Assembly (NCBI GenBank): GCA_005881235.1
Contig: VBEQ01000154.1
Location: 1 to 52,133, forward strand
DNA: 52,133 nt
Direction: 5' to 3'
Origin: Chloroflexota bacterium
Lineage (GTDB): Bacteria; Chloroflexota; Dormibacteria; CF-121
The position numbers and the translations under genes were made by a program. This document shows positions 26,635 through 36,268 of this stretch, in pieces. Under the pieces are notes generated by a model that ran no database searches, was not told the origin of the DNA, and was given only the letters and a program-made list of their open reading frames with translations. Within the stretch, counting starts at the first letter, position 1; the number at the start of each line of letters is the position of its first letter.

Positions 26635-26661
26635 GGGCAGCCCATTATACGGGGCCGGCGT

Positions 26662-27147
26662 CTAGCGCCCGCTGACGACCTCCACTTCCCTGCTTGCCTT
26701 AACCGGCGGCGTGCGTAACGCCTCGACCCCTTTCTTGACTGTGGCAACCGTCCGGAGCAGTTGGGTCTCAAGGTTCTGCATGACTTCCCAGGCGTAGCGG
26801 TCCGCCGCCCGGCGGGTCTCCTCGGCCTTCGCTGTGGCGTCCTTGAGCATGGCCTCGGCCTGCTTCTCGGCGCGCTTGACCAGGTCGTGTTGTCCGATCA
26901 TGGTCTGGGCCCGCTCGCCAGCCTTGCTGACCGTCCTGGCCGCCTCCGCCTGCGCTTCGGAGAGCAGGCGTTGCTGCTCCTGCAGCGTCCAGCGGGCCTG
27001 CTTGATCTCGTCCGGTAGGCTCAACCGCAGGTCGTCGATGCAGGCGAGCACCTCTTCCTGGTCGACGACGACGGTGCGGGTCAGCGGGATCTGACGGCTG
27101 TGGCCGATCAGGTATTCGAGGCGATCGATGGCTTCGTGGATGTTCAT
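26662..27147 (-). CDS. Coiled-coil protein of unknown function (ATP-synthase-b / V-ATPase-subunit-H-like composition)
   Basis: 161 aa. After an N-terminal roughly 45-aa domain (MNIHEAIDRLEYLIGHSRQIPLT) the rest is Ala/Glu/Gln/Lys/Arg-rich and helical. It sits between coaD and rpmF, where a DUF177/YceD gene is more usual. Confidence 0.55.
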   Translation of the reverse strand: MNIHEAIDRLEYLIGHSRQIPLTRTVVVDQEEVLACIDDLRLSLPDEIKQARWTLQEQQRLLSEAQAEAARTVSKAGERAQTMIGQHDLVKRAEKQAEAMLKDATAKAEETRRAADRYAWEVMQNLETQLLRTVATVKKGVEALRTPPVKASREVEVVSGR

Positions 27148-27635
27148 GCCTGTGCTCCCTTGCTGAGACGTTGCTTGAGTGGTCCGACGACGTTGGCCGG
27201 GACGAATTCTGCGATGTCGCCACCGAACTCGGCGAGCTCTTTGATCAAGCTGGAGCTGAGAAACAGATGGCGCAGGCTGGTCGGGATGAAGACGGTCGTG
27301 ACATCGGGCTCCAGCCGGCGGTTCATCAGCGCCATCTGGAACTCACTCTCGAAGTCTGACACGGCGCGGAGCCCGCGAACGATGACCCGGGCTCCGACCT
27401 GGCGGGCAAAGTCGATGGTGAGACCGCTGAAGGTGCTGACCTCGACGCCCGTGCGGTCTCCGAGACTGTCCTTGATCATGGCGACGCGCTCGTGGCTCGT
27501 GAAAAGCGGCCGCTTGTTTGGATTCTCCAGGACGGCGATGACGACCCGGTCGAAGATGCGGGCGGCCCGGTCGACGATATCCAGGTGACCATGGGTGAGG
27601 GGGTCGAAGCTGCCCGGGTAGAGGGCGGTGATCAC
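27144..27635 (-). CDS. coaD: Phosphopantetheine adenylyltransferase
   Basis: ALYPGSFDPLTHGHLDIVDRA (the HxGH nucleotidyltransferase motif) and ISSSLIKE-like LSSSLIKEL. Confidence 0.95.
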   Translation of the reverse strand: MITALYPGSFDPLTHGHLDIVDRAARIFDRVVIAVLENPNKRPLFTSHERVAMIKDSLGDRTGVEVSTFSGLTIDFARQVGARVIVRGLRAVSDFESEFQMALMNRRLEPDVTTVFIPTSLRHLFLSSSLIKELAEFGGDIAEFVPANVVGPLKQRLSKGAQA

Positions 27636-28195
27636 GCGTACCTCAAGAAGGTGAGCCGGGTGCTGCCGTAATCGCGCTCGCGCACCTGCGTCAGTCGGTT
27701 GAGCGGCGGCATTGGTTGGGAGCGATGGTGCTCGACCACGAGCAGCGCCTGGTCGCGCAGTGGGGCGCGGTCCAGGGCCTGGAGCACGGCGGTCACCGTC
27801 GCGGCCTCTCGGTAGGGCGGGTCAACAAGAAGAAGGTTGTAGGAGGTGAGGTCGCCGGTGGGCGCCCTCAACCACTCAATGGCGTCGGCGCTGACCACGT
27901 CGCCCTGCTGGGCGAAGCCGGTTGCGACCAAATTCTCGGCCACGATGTTAGCACAGCCTCGGTCGCGTTCCACAAATGTTGCCCACGCGGCGCCGCGAGA
28001 GAGTGCCTCGATGCCAAGCGTGCCTGCGCCGGCGAACAGATCCAGTACGCGCGCACCGCGTATGCTGTCGCCGATGATGTTGAACAAGGCCTCGCGCACC
28101 AATGACGTGGTGGGTCGCACCGAGCGGCCCGGCGGGGTCTTGAGGAGACGACCGCGACTGGTCCCCGCTGTTACGCGCGTAGCCGGTCCGGACAT
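27632..28195 (-). CDS. rsmD: 16S rRNA (guanine966-N2)-methyltransferase
   Basis: From the internal ATG 28195: RVTAGTSRGRLLKTPPG..VRPTTSLVREALFNII, the SAM motif VLDLFAGAGTLGIEALSRGA, and the catalytic DPPY. The upstream 61 codons of the track ORF are Arg/Ala-rich shadow sequence. Confidence 0.9.
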   Translation of the reverse strand: MSGPATRVTAGTSRGRLLKTPPGRSVRPTTSLVREALFNIIGDSIRGARVLDLFAGAGTLGIEALSRGAAWATFVERDRGCANIVAENLVATGFAQQGDVVSADAIEWLRAPTGDLTSYNLLLVDPPYREAATVTAVLQALDRAPLRDQALLVVEHHRSQPMPPLNRLTQVRERDYGSTRLTFLRYA

Positions 28196-28387
28196 GTCAT
28201 GAGTAAAGCAGGCCACGCCGGCGCGGCTGCTGGTCCTTGCAAAGGAGCCGCGACATAGTCGTCGTCGACGCCCTTCTCGGCATCGTCCTCGTCCTCGCGC
28301 TTCCGCTCGCCACCGGCATGGCCGTCGGTCGCGTCCTGACCATGCTGCTGCGGCGAAGGCCGCCCGCCGCGGCGCCACCGCCGAAGG

Positions 28388-30463
28388 TCAGTCCAGAGCG
28401 AACACCTGACGATACGCCGAAAGCTGGCGGTGGAGCGCCGGCTCGCCGTCCAAGGCCGGGTCGCGGTCCAAGAGGCGGACGGCCTCGCTCTGGGCGTCGC
28501 TGATCAACACGGCATCCAGCAGGCTCGCCATCTTGAAGTCCTTGCCATGTTGACGGTAACCAGCCAGGTCACCCCAACCGCGTAGCTCGAGGTCGATTTC
28601 CGCGAGATCGAAGCCACTCTGATTGGTGACCACGGCCTGCAGGCGCTTGAGCGACTGCGGATCCTCGGCATCCGTGAAGAGGAAGCACCACGACTCTTCC
28701 GTTCCTCGTCCCACCCGGCCGCGGAATTGATGCAGCTGCGCCAGGCCGAAGCGATCAGCGCCCTCGATCATCATCACGGTCGCGTTGGGAATGTCGATGC
28801 CGACTTCAACTACCGAGGTGGAGACGAGGATGGCCACATCGCCACGCTGGAATCCGGCCATCACCGCCTCCTTCTCGGCCGATTTCAGCCGCCCGTGGAG
28901 GAGCGCGATCCGAGACGCCAGCTCGGGAAAGACGTCACGCTGTAGCTTCTCGAGCTCCTGCGTGGCCGACCGAACCCCCAGCTTGTCGGACTCCTGGATC
29001 AGCGGGCAGATCACAAACACCTGCCGGCCGGCAAACACCTGCTTGCGAATGAAGCCGTAGGCGTCGGGCCGCTTCTCGGGCGGCACCATCCGGGTTTTGA
29101 CCGGCTGGCGCCCGGGCGGCATCTCGCCAAGGATCGAGATGTCGAGATCACCGAAGAGCGTCAGCCCGAGGGTGCGCGGAATCGGCGTAGCGGTCATCGA
29201 CAGAAAGTGCGGGGTGCGCTCCGCCTTCTGCCGGACCGCCAGGCGCTGACCAACCCCGAAACGATGCTGCTCGTCGACGACGGTCAGCGCGAGGTTCTTG
29301 AACTGGACGCCTTCCTCGATGAGCGCGTGCGTCCCGATGAGGACCGGGAGGTCTCCCTCGGCCAGGGACCCGAGCATCGGTCTTCGTGCCGCGGCTGGCG
29401 TGCTCCCCACCAGGAGCCCCACATCGATCTGGAACGGTCCGAGCAGCGATTGGATGACATCGGCGTGCTGGCGCGCGAGCACCTCCGTCGGGGCCAGCAG
29501 CACGGACTGGAAGCCGGCACGCGCGACGTGATGCATGGTCATCGCCGCGACCACGGTTTTCCCCGATCCGACATCGCCCTCGAGCAGCCGATTCATCGGC
29601 TGGGGGCGGGCGATATCCTGCAGGATCTGCCAGGCGGCGATCCGCTGCGCGTTGGTGAGCTGGAAGGGCAGGGCTTTGACGAAGCCGCGTGCGGTCGGCT
29701 CATCGAAGGGAACCGGCTGCGCGGTCAGCGCCTTCCGCGCCCGCTTGGCGAGTTGCGCGGCCAGCTGCAAGACGAACATCTCCTCGAAGGCGAGCCGCTC
29801 CCGGGCGCGCTCGAGCGACTGCGGCGAGTCTGGAAAGTGCACCTGCCGCACGGCCGCCGCGCGAGAAAGAAAGCCACGCCGTGCCAGCAGTTCCGATGGA
29901 AGGAACTCTTCGAGCTCGTCGGCGTAGTGGAGAAGTGGCTGGATCTTCGCTCGCAGCCATTTCGAGGTCAGCCCCTCGGTCTCCGGGTAAATCGGGACCA
30001 GCCGCGCTGCGTGTTGCGGGCGAAGCGACACCTTTTCGTGATCGGGGTTCTTCATCACCAGCCCGCCGTTGAGGTCGGCTTCGCCGGCGACAAAGATCTC
30101 ATCGCCTTTCTGCAAGCTCTTGGCCAGCCATGGTTGGTTGAACCAGACGACGCGCAACGTCGTCCCGGAATCGTCGCCGAGGACCGCTTCCGTCAGTCCC
30201 ATACGCTTGTATTTGGTTTGGCGGGCGCCGATGTCGTAGATCCGGCCGCGAACCGTTGTCTTCACCCCCGGACGCACGAAGGCGATCGGCGTGATGCTCG
30301 AGAAATCCTCGTAGCGACGCGGGAAGAACAAGAGGAGGTCACGGATGGACACGACGCCGAGTCGTGCCAGCTTGGCCTCGGTCTTGTCGCTGACGCCCGC
30401 AAGGACACCGACGGAATCGTCCAGGGACGGGCCCCGCACCACCCGAAGCCGCGCTGGGCTCAC
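28388..30463 (-). CDS. recG: ATP-dependent DNA helicase RecG
   Basis: 691 aa with a wedge/OB domain. Helicase motifs LLEGDVGSGKTVVA, DEQHRFGV and QLHQFRGRVGRG are present. Confidence 0.95.
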   Translation of the reverse strand: MSPARLRVVRGPSLDDSVGVLAGVSDKTEAKLARLGVVSIRDLLLFFPRRYEDFSSITPIAFVRPGVKTTVRGRIYDIGARQTKYKRMGLTEAVLGDDSGTTLRVVWFNQPWLAKSLQKGDEIFVAGEADLNGGLVMKNPDHEKVSLRPQHAARLVPIYPETEGLTSKWLRAKIQPLLHYADELEEFLPSELLARRGFLSRAAAVRQVHFPDSPQSLERARERLAFEEMFVLQLAAQLAKRARKALTAQPVPFDEPTARGFVKALPFQLTNAQRIAAWQILQDIARPQPMNRLLEGDVGSGKTVVAAMTMHHVARAGFQSVLLAPTEVLARQHADVIQSLLGPFQIDVGLLVGSTPAAARRPMLGSLAEGDLPVLIGTHALIEEGVQFKNLALTVVDEQHRFGVGQRLAVRQKAERTPHFLSMTATPIPRTLGLTLFGDLDISILGEMPPGRQPVKTRMVPPEKRPDAYGFIRKQVFAGRQVFVICPLIQESDKLGVRSATQELEKLQRDVFPELASRIALLHGRLKSAEKEAVMAGFQRGDVAILVSTSVVEVGIDIPNATVMMIEGADRFGLAQLHQFRGRVGRGTEESWCFLFTDAEDPQSLKRLQAVVTNQSGFDLAEIDLELRGWGDLAGYRQHGKDFKMASLLDAVLISDAQSEAVRLLDRDPALDGEPALHRQLSAYRQVFALD

Positions 30464-31293
30464 GCGACCAGGTAGGTGAAGCCGATCACGCCTGGACCGG
30501 TGTGCGTCCCGAGGACGGCACCGATCTCGGTCAGCAGGATGTCCAGGCCGGGATAACTCGCGGCGACTCGTTCCCGGAGCTGCTCCGCGTCGGCCGGCGC
30601 AGCGCCATGCATGATGGCGAGTTGACTGACGTGGCCGTCCCGCTCGAGCAGCTCAACCAACCGGGTCAACGCCTGCGGCCGGCCGCGCGCCCTTCCGAGG
30701 GGAACGACCTCGCCGTCCTTGAGCTGCAGGATGGGCTTGACGTTGAGCAGTGATCCGAGCAGGGCCCGTGCACGCCCGATCCGGCCACCGCGCTCGAGGT
30801 AGGTCAAGGTGTCGACGACGCAGATGACGCGCGCCTTGGGGACGAGCGCGCGCAGGCGCTCCGTGATGGTGGCCCGGTCCTTTCCGGCCCGCGCCAGTTT
30901 CGCCGCCTCGAGCGCCATGAAGCCCAGCGCCATCGAGGTGCTGAGGGAATCGACGACGTCGATCGCCTTCTCATCGATGCCTTTGGCCGCCATCAAGGCT
31001 GAGTTGTAGGTCCCCGAGACTTTGCTAGAAAGGTGAACCGACACGATCTCGTCGCCGTTCTCGCGGAGGGTGCGATAGGCCTCTTCGAAGACACCGACGG
31101 CCGGCTGTGACGTGCGAGGCAGCTGGGGCGAGGCTTTGAGGCGGCGGAAAAACTCGTCCGCGGTCAGATCCACGTGGTCGCGGAAGACCTGGTCGCCGAA
31201 ATGGACGTTGAGCGGCACGACGGTGATGCCGGCGGCCTGCTGTTGCTCCTGGGTCAGGTCCGCGGTGGAATCCGTGACGATCCGGACCACCAC
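30460..31293 (-). CDS. DegV-family fatty-acid-binding protein
   Basis: VRIVTDSTADL...VPL.V.F....RD...L....F......PRTSQP is the DegV signature. ATGA-type overlap with recG. Confidence 0.9.
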   Translation of the reverse strand: MVVRIVTDSTADLTQEQQQAAGITVVPLNVHFGDQVFRDHVDLTADEFFRRLKASPQLPRTSQPAVGVFEEAYRTLRENGDEIVSVHLSSKVSGTYNSALMAAKGIDEKAIDVVDSLSTSMALGFMALEAAKLARAGKDRATITERLRALVPKARVICVVDTLTYLERGGRIGRARALLGSLLNVKPILQLKDGEVVPLGRARGRPQALTRLVELLERDGHVSQLAIMHGAAPADAEQLRERVAASYPGLDILLTEIGAVLGTHTGPGVIGFTYLVA

Positions 31294-31352
31294 TGGAGTA
31301 TAGCCAGCACTTCGCGCCGATCACGGCCGGGCAACGGGCGCGTTTCGTTAGG

Positions 31353-31730
31353 TTGCGCGCACCAAAGCTTGGTACACCTATAACTGCGATGTCGCTCCCA
31401 GGACAAATCGCGCTAAGCTCACGCCTCAACTCCCGGCTGAGCCAAGCCCTCATCCTCGGTGGGTTGATCGGCTTCCAGGCGCTCGACTCCCTCACCACCC
31501 ACCTGGGGCTCGCCCTCGAGCACCAGGAGCTCAACCGCCTCATGGCCCCCATCATGGCCACCCGAGGCGAGCTTGTCGCCTACGCGGTCAAAGGCACTGC
31601 CCTGGCCGTCCTCCTCGCTGTCCTGATGCTGATGCATCGGCGTCAGCCACGAGTCTGGCAGGCGTACCTCGTCGCCGGATGGCTCAGCGCCGCTGCCGTG
31701 GTCGCGAACGTCGTCCAGCTGCTGCTCTAG
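31353..31730 (+). CDS. Hypothetical membrane protein (3 TM)
   Basis: Hydrophobic segments LILGGLIGFQALDSLTT, ALAVLLAVLMLM and LVAGWLSAAAVVANVV. The start may be the internal ATG (MSLPGQ). Confidence 0.5.
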   Translation: MRAPKLGTPITAMSLPGQIALSSRLNSRLSQALILGGLIGFQALDSLTTHLGLALEHQELNRLMAPIMATRGELVAYAVKGTALAVLLAVLMLMHRRQPRVWQAYLVAGWLSAAAVVANVVQLLL

Positions 31731-32542
31731 TCGTGGAGCACCTCGCGCAGCCTGACCGCAAACTCCGGGGCATGGCTTTCGAAGCCACCATGCGCCCCTG
31801 GGAAGACGACGGCTTCGGTTCCAAGCCGCGCGGCCAGTCGCAACCCGCCATCGTGCGCCAGCTCGCCCCGCGACGCGTCGCCGACCGCCGGGACGATCCG
31901 CGACGGACCGGCCTTCAATGCGTCGAAGTCGGGTTCGTAGGCGGCGATGGCGAGAAAGTAGCGTCCGAGCCAGAACTCCATGTTTCGCTGAAACTGCGCC
32001 ATCGCTTCGCGCATTTCCGGCGTTGGCTCGCCGGGCGGAGGCGGGGGCGGACCGCCGCGAATGCGGGTTTGCACCATGAACTTCTGCATGGCCGGGCCGA
32101 TTCCGGCGGTGCGGAACGTCTGAACGATCTCTGCCATCGTCGCCCGCTCGCGCGCCGGGTCAGCGAGGAGCGCTGGCGCGGGCGGCTCGTGGGCTATCAG
32201 CGTCCGAACCTGCTCTGGATGGCGAGCCGCCAGCTCGAGCCCGATGACGGCGCCGCCGCTGCTGGCGAAGACGTCCGCGGGTTCCTTTGCGGTCGCCAAC
32301 AGTAGGCGGTGAACGTCGTCGGCGAAGATTTCCACGATCCGTTCGTCCTGGAGCGGACCGTCGAGCGTGCTATGGGAGAGGCCGCGCGGGTCATAGGTCA
32401 CCACGGTGTAGTGCGATGCCAGCGGCTCGGCGATTTTCCGGAATGCCCCAGCGTCGGCCGGCCCGCCCGGCATCATCAGCAGCACCGGACCCGATCCGCG
32501 AACCTCGTAATACAGCGTCGCGCCCGGGACGTTGAGCTTCAC
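31727..32542 (-). CDS. Alpha/beta-fold hydrolase
   Basis: YYEVRGSGPVLLMMPGGP..., a nucleophile elbow FASSGGA, and a C-terminal FPGAHGGF with a His motif. Confidence 0.8.
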   Translation of the reverse strand: MKLNVPGATLYYEVRGSGPVLLMMPGGPADAGAFRKIAEPLASHYTVVTYDPRGLSHSTLDGPLQDERIVEIFADDVHRLLLATAKEPADVFASSGGAVIGLELAARHPEQVRTLIAHEPPAPALLADPARERATMAEIVQTFRTAGIGPAMQKFMVQTRIRGGPPPPPPGEPTPEMREAMAQFQRNMEFWLGRYFLAIAAYEPDFDALKAGPSRIVPAVGDASRGELAHDGGLRLAARLGTEAVVFPGAHGGFESHAPEFAVRLREVLHD

Positions 32543-34146
32543 TCGACGGCCACGATATACGGGTAGAGCGCCTGCTCGCCCGATTGAAGCTCAACCGACG
32601 CCTTGGGGAACTGTTTGGCCACGGCAGTGACCAGCGCCTCCCGTTCGGCATCCGGCGCGTCCACGCCGGCGTAGATCGTGACGGTCCCGACCTTGGCAGC
32701 GTCGATGCGCGTGAGGACATCTTTTACGACCTTGTCCGGCGATTCACCGGCGACCACGATGCGATCGTTGAGCAAGCCGATGACATCGTTTTCGGCGATC
32801 TTCAGGCCGTTGACCTCGGTTGCCCGCACCGCACGGGTCACTTCGATCGTCTGGACCTGGCTGAGCGCATGCGACATCGCACTGGCGTTGGCTTCCAGGT
32901 CGGCACTGAAGTCGAAGGCGAAAAGGGCCGCGATACCCTGCGGCAGGCTGCGCGACGGCACCACCCGGACGCGCTTGCGGCTCAGCTCCGCCACCTGTTG
33001 CGCGGTCATAACCACATTGCCGTTGTTGGGCAACAGGAGGACATCATTGGAGGGAACCGATTCGACCGCGGCCAGGATGTCCTCGGTTGAGGGATTGACG
33101 GTCGGGCCGCCGCCCACGACGGAGTCAACGCCGAGGCTCTCGAGGATGCGGCGGAAGCCGTCGCCGCTCGCCACCGCGACGAGTGCCAGGTGCTTGGTGC
33201 TGGCCGGCCGGCGGATGCTGTCGCCCTGCAGCCGGTGGTGCTGCGACGACATGTCGTCGACCTTGAGCCGGCTGAGCCGCCCCACCCCGCTCGCGTAACT
33301 GATCACGACCGCCGGCTCCTGGGTGTGGACGTGGACTTTGATCGCCGATTCGTCACCGACGACCAGCGCCGATTCGCCGTGCCGCTGGATTTCGGCGCGC
33401 ACGTCATCCACGGCGAGCCCGTCGCCGTTGATGATGAACTCGGTGCAATATCCCCAGCCCGCGGCCGGCGCCTCCACCGCTTTCGGCCGGGCGCGCTGGG
33501 TCGCGGGGCGCTCGAAGCTCTGCAGGGCTTCACCACTCATGCGCTTGAGGAACCCTTCCAGGATCAACTGCAGCCCGAATCCCCCGGCATCGATCACGCC
33601 CGCCTGCTTGAGGATGGGTAGCTGATCGGGTGTCCGCTCCACTGCGGCGGCCGCGGCGGTGCAGGCGGCGCGAACGACGTCGGTCAGGTTGGTGGTTTTG
33701 GCTGCCTCCGCCTCCGCGCCCGCAGCGGCCTCTCGGGCTACGGTCAGCATGGTGCCCTCGGTCGGCTTGATCACGGCCCGGTAGGCAACCTCCGCCCCTT
33801 CGCGAAACGCTTCGGCCAGGCCGCGCGCGTCAACCGCCGGCTTGGTTCCGATACCGACGCAGAAGCCGCGCAAAATTTGCGAGAGAATGACCCCCGAGTT
33901 TCCCCGCGCGCCCATGAGCGCGCCATGCGACGCCCGCCGGGCGGTCCGCGAAAGGTCGGCATCGTCGACATCCCGGATGTCTTCGACCGCTGACTGCAAG
34001 GTGAGGAGCATGTTGGTGCCGGTATCGCCATCCGGAACCGGAAAGACGTTCAGGGAATCGACCTCGTCGCGGTTGACCGTCAGCCAGGCGAGCGAGCCAA
34101 GCAGAGCCTCCTTGAACAGACGTCCGTCGCATTCGGTGATGGGCAT
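32539..34146 (-). CDS. yloV: DAK2-domain fusion protein YloV
   Basis: From the internal ATG 34146: MPITECDGRLFKEALLGSLAWL...LNVFPVPDGDTGTNM (DhaL/DAK2 motif), with a C-terminal DegV-like/uncharacterised domain. It follows asp23 as in Firmicutes (yloU-yloV-recG). Confidence 0.9.
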   Translation of the reverse strand: MPITECDGRLFKEALLGSLAWLTVNRDEVDSLNVFPVPDGDTGTNMLLTLQSAVEDIRDVDDADLSRTARRASHGALMGARGNSGVILSQILRGFCVGIGTKPAVDARGLAEAFREGAEVAYRAVIKPTEGTMLTVAREAAAGAEAEAAKTTNLTDVVRAACTAAAAAVERTPDQLPILKQAGVIDAGGFGLQLILEGFLKRMSGEALQSFERPATQRARPKAVEAPAAGWGYCTEFIINGDGLAVDDVRAEIQRHGESALVVGDESAIKVHVHTQEPAVVISYASGVGRLSRLKVDDMSSQHHRLQGDSIRRPASTKHLALVAVASGDGFRRILESLGVDSVVGGGPTVNPSTEDILAAVESVPSNDVLLLPNNGNVVMTAQQVAELSRKRVRVVPSRSLPQGIAALFAFDFSADLEANASAMSHALSQVQTIEVTRAVRATEVNGLKIAENDVIGLLNDRIVVAGESPDKVVKDVLTRIDAAKVGTVTIYAGVDAPDAEREALVTAVAKQFPKASVELQSGEQALYPYIVAVE

Positions 34147-34174
34147 GGTCGCGGCGACGGTCAGGCTCGGGATT

Positions 34175-34591
34175 TCAGCTGCCGCCACTCCCGCTGACGT
34201 GGATTCCCTGGACGTTGACGTTGACTTCCACGACCGGGAGCCCGAGGGTACGCTCCACCGAATAGCGGACCGCGTTCGAGAGGTTGTTCGCGACCTCCGA
34301 TACCCGGGTGCCGTACTCCACGACGACGTAGAGCGAGACCGCCATCCCATCCTCGCGCACTTCGACCTCGACGCCGCGATGCAGTTTGTCGCGATGCAGG
34401 CGCTCCGCCAAACCGTCTCGTAGGCCGCGGGCGGCCATGGCGACGACACCGTAGCAGCCGGCTGCCGCATGCCCGGCGATGGTGGCGACGACATGGCGCG
34501 ACACCTCGATCCGCCCGAGGTCTCTGGCCTGGATCAGCGTCCTCGGCGGCTTCCCGGCGCGTGAGGGGTGAGCCTTCGTCTTTGAGTCCAT
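34175..34591 (-). CDS. Asp23/Gls24-family alkaline shock protein (YloU-like)
   Basis: [25 protein letters not shown]...[10 protein letters not shown] is the Asp23 pattern. It is divergent from rpmB. Confidence 0.88.
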   Translation of the reverse strand: MDSKTKAHPSRAGKPPRTLIQARDLGRIEVSRHVVATIAGHAAAGCYGVVAMAARGLRDGLAERLHRDKLHRGVEVEVREDGMAVSLYVVVEYGTRVSEVANNLSNAVRYSVERTLGLPVVEVNVNVQGIHVSGSGGS

Positions 34592-34595
34592 CGTG

Positions 34596-34604
34596 TGCTA
34601 CTAT
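34596..34604 (+). promoter_or_regulatory. Candidate extended -10 promoter element for rpmB
   Basis: TGcTACTAT (TGn plus TACTAT) lies 64 nt upstream of the rpmB ATG, in the divergent asp23/rpmB spacer. There is no convincing -35. Motif match only. Confidence 0.3.
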
Positions 34605-34667
34605 GTGACGCTGATTTCGCCTCAATCATACGCGATGTTCGGGGAGGCGCCGAAGAGAACCAACACC

Positions 34668-34853
34668 ATGGCACAACGCTGCGCGATCTGCGGAAAGGGG
34701 CCCCAATACGGGCACAACGTGAGTCACTCGAAGGTGCACACGAAGCGCCGCTTCATGCCTAATTTGCACAAGGCCCGGGTCACGATCGACGGCCGCACTC
34801 AGACGGCGCTGGTCTGCACCCGCTGCCTTCGCACCCAGGCCAAGTCGGCCTAG
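34668..34853 (+). CDS. rpmB: 50S ribosomal protein L28
   Basis: From the internal ATG 34668: [38 protein letters not shown] is the L28 signature. Confidence 0.93.
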   Translation: MAQRCAICGKGPQYGHNVSHSKVHTKRRFMPNLHKARVTIDGRTQTALVCTRCLRTQAKSA

Positions 34854-34904
34854 TCGCCAGCGCATCGCCGGCAGTCGCCGGTTCTGGCGGCCAATCGAGT
34901 TGCA

Positions 34905-35618
34905 GTGAGTGCGAGGATGCAAAAACCGCCGCAGCTTCTTCCCACCAAGCTCGAGGATGCACAGGCGCCTGGCATCCGATACCGCATCGACGGCGAGTTG
35001 GTGCCCGTGCTCCATACCTGGCTCGATGGGACGGTGCCGGTGTACTTTGAGCACCACGTCGTGCTCTGGAAGGATCCAGCCCTGAATGTCGGCATTCGCG
35101 CCATGAAAGGCGCCTTCAAGCGGATGGTTGCAGGCATGCCGATCTTCCTCACCGAGGCACAGGGTCCGGGTGAGATCGCCTTCTCGCGTGATGGCGCGGG
35201 CCATCTCTTTCCCCTCCACCTGATGCCTGGTACCGCCGTGCTCGTTCGGGAGCATCAGTTCCTGGCGGCAACGGGAAATCTTGATTACACCTTCAACCGG
35301 GTGAAGGGCGTCAGCAACATGCTCCTGGGCTCGACGGGATTCTTCGTCGATCGCTTCAGCGCGAGCCACCAGGAAGGTGTCCTCTGGCTGCACGGCTACG
35401 GCAACGTTTTCCAGAAGGAACTGGCCCAGAACGAGCAGATCGACATCGAACCAGGCGGCTGGGTCTACCGCGATGAAAGCGTCCGCATGGAAGTGCAGAT
35501 GTTCGGGCTGAAAACCGGCATCTTCGGCGGCGGCGGCAACATGATCTGGAACCGCTTCACCGGTCCGGGACGGGTTGGCATCCAGTCGATGTACCTGCAC
35601 ATGCCCACCAGCGAGTAG
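34905..35618 (+). CDS. AIM24/TIGR00266-family protein (DUF124)
   Basis: 237 aa. The run L..GE.V....G.MV.M...V.....MKGAFKRMVAGMPIFLTEAQGPGEIAF...PG...L...G...L.....FLA..... ..GFFV.RFSG.G.V.L...G is the characteristic AIM24 pattern. Confidence 0.78.
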   Translation: MSARMQKPPQLLPTKLEDAQAPGIRYRIDGELVPVLHTWLDGTVPVYFEHHVVLWKDPALNVGIRAMKGAFKRMVAGMPIFLTEAQGPGEIAFSRDGAGHLFPLHLMPGTAVLVREHQFLAATGNLDYTFNRVKGVSNMLLGSTGFFVDRFSASHQEGVLWLHGYGNVFQKELAQNEQIDIEPGGWVYRDESVRMEVQMFGLKTGIFGGGGNMIWNRFTGPGRVGIQSMYLHMPTSE

Positions 35619-35626
35619 CGTTCGCC

Positions 35627-36268
35627 CTAGCGCAATTCCTGGATCGCGGCCTTCTTACCCTGCGGGTGGCTGAAGACGAAGCTCCCCGCGACCAGAACCG
35701 TGGCACCGTTGGCGACCGACTGCGGCCCAGTCTCCGCATTGACGCCACCGTCCACCTCGATGTCCAGCTTGGAATTGAGCCGGTCGCGTAAGGCGCGCGC
35801 GGCCTTGATCCGCTCGAGGCTCCCGTCGATGAACTTCTGCCCGCCCCAGCCGGGGTTGACACACATGACGACCAGCAGGTCGGCGTTCTTGAGGACCGGT
35901 TCGACGAGTGCCAGTGGACTCCCGGGGTTGAGGCAAACACCGGCCCGCAGGCCGGCCGTGCGAATGCTCTCGAGCACCCGGTGAATGTGCCGCGTCGCTT
36001 CGACATGCACCGAGAGCGTGGTGGCGCCCGCGTCGCGAAAGGCCTCGATGGTGCGCTCCGGGTGCTCGATCATGAGGTGGACGTCGAAGGGAATCTTGGC
36101 GTAGCGCCGGCAGTGCTCCACGGTGCGCGGGCCGATGGTGATCGGCGGCACGAAATGCCCGTCCATGACATCGAAGTGCACCCAATCGGCACCCGCCTGC
36201 TCGAGGGCGGCGACCTCCTCACCCAGCCGGCTGAAGTCGGCCGACAGCAGCGAGGGGGCGATCAGCAC
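35627..36268 (-). CDS. rpe: Ribulose-phosphate 3-epimerase
   Basis: IAPSLLSADFSRLGEEV...GADW.HFDVMDGHFVP..T.G....DVHLM, followed by the C-terminal VDGG and AGS motifs. GTG start at 36268. Confidence 0.95.
   Translation of the reverse strand: MLIAPSLLSADFSRLGEEVAALEQAGADWVHFDVMDGHFVPPITIGPRTVEHCRRYAKIPFDVHLMIEHPERTIEAFRDAGATTLSVHVEATRHIHRVLESIRTAGLRAGVCLNPGSPLALVEPVLKNADLLVVMCVNPGWGGQKFIDGSLERIKAARALRDRLNSKLDIEVDGGVNAETGPQSVANGATVLVAGSFVFSHPQGKKAAIQELR

Noticed and set aside
28196-28503. 192-nt recG-rsmD spacer, and a plus-strand 88-aa ORF (28237-28503) whose first half looks like a TM helix.
   Set aside because: The ORF runs antisense into recG and its second half is Pro/Arg/Gly low-complexity sequence. 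There is no start context or conservation evidence. The spacer showed no repeat or hairpin I could defend.
34626-35600. 324-aa minus-strand ORF.
   Set aside because: It is antisense to rpmB and the AIM24-family gene, both of which have clear family signatures.
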